DNA from: the human T2T-CHM13v2.0 reference genome, Homo sapiens
Direction: 5' to 3' (one strand)
NCBI RefSeq assembly: GCF_009914755.1
Contig: NC_060929.1
Length of the DNA stretch: 64,000 bases
Position numbers and translations under genes: made by a program. Of this stretch, positions 62,960 through 64,000 are shown piece after piece. A model generated the notes under the pieces. The model was given only the letters and a program-made list of their open reading frames with translations. It did not search any database and was not told the DNA's origin. The number at the start of each line of letters is the position of its first letter. The stretch's first letter is position 1.

Positions 62960-64000
62960 TGAAGACGACCAGGGAAGGATGGCTTCCTCAAAGCAAATAG
63001 AGCAAAGCCGGTGATGCCAGATCAGGTCTCTAGGGCTTTACCAGAAGTCTCGTTTTCTTTCGGGTGAGTCTTAAGTCTGTCCTTGACGGAGACACCTAGA
63101 GATGGAAAGAACTGGGGGCTTCAAAGGACAAGAAAAGGCTCAGAAGCAGGAACACAGAGATAACTGCTAGTGTCAGTGTCAGACCCAAATGCTCTGCACT
63201 TGCCTCCCAGTGGGTTCCCCACCTACCACGATATGGCTTGGTTCTGTCTTCAAGGACTTTGGTTGGCTCTGTGTCATTCTTATGCACTGACTAGAAAGCA
63301 GGAGCTTTTCAGTCAGAAGACCTGGCTCTGCAAGTTGCATTGTCAAATCTTGATTAAGTCTGTGAGTGTCTTTGGACTTTAATTTGTCCAGGATTGATAG
63401 TTAATATTCACTGGACATTTATATGTATACCAGGCACTGTACTAGGCACTTTTCATGGACTGTCTCGTTAAAACCCAGACAACACTGAGTTTGATATGTT
63501 TTCCATTCCCATTTTATAGATTGGGAAACAAAGTCAGAGAGGCTTTAAGTACCATACAGAGGGCCACAGAGCTTCAGTAATAATTGACTTAGTTATTTAC
63601 TGTCCCTTCCCCTGGTGTATACTAACAACGCCACCACCATTTGGATGTCTGTTGTTTGACTTTTCTGATGTGACTTTCTTGGAGTCTGATTCTAGTTTGA
63701 CAAATACCTTGCCCCTACTTCTCATTTTGACTCTTCTTTGGACATAGGTAAAGGAGATTTGTTTGCAAGGCAGCCAGCACAAATAGCACTACTTAGTGAA
63801 GGCCTGGATGGGTTTGAAGCAGTGGGACCAGGAGGAGGAGGGGGTAGCCTCTGTGTGGTCTGCACAGAGCTTTTTTTGTTTTATAACTCATGTTTTCAGA
63901 CCTTCTCCTGATTCCTGCTATAACTTCATTTAGGTATTATTTTCGTTACCCCAATTTTAGAGTAATGTGTCTAGGGTTTCTCAGCTCTGAGTGGTACAGC

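Overview
Human (primate) genomic DNA, recognisable as the distal 5q35.3 TRIM7-TRIM41 / tRNA-cluster region. The window holds the complete 7-exon TRIM7 gene on the minus strand; the spliced CDS is 1536 nt, or 511 aa (RING, B-box, coiled coil, PRY/SPRY). It also holds the first coding exon of TRIM41 (plus strand, RING split by a long acidic insert), 13 intact tRNA genes, one decayed tRNA-Leu and the MIR4638 hairpin. There are several CpG islands and dense Alu, L1, L2, MIR, LTR and DNA-transposon debris. Most other six-frame ORFs are Alu or GC-content artefacts. I found no convincing new gene system. The best second-look items are a PATRR-like AT-rich palindrome with inverted GC arms (~53.2-53.9 kb), a MER41 solo LTR with two intact GAS motifs, a locally amplified convergent tRNA-Val/tRNA-Leu cassette showing deletion, inversion, pseudogenisation and an anticodon switch, and ancient repeats that look strongly GC-shifted. 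tRNA copy-number suffixes, repeat subfamily names and reference-allele comparisons are from memory and should be verified.
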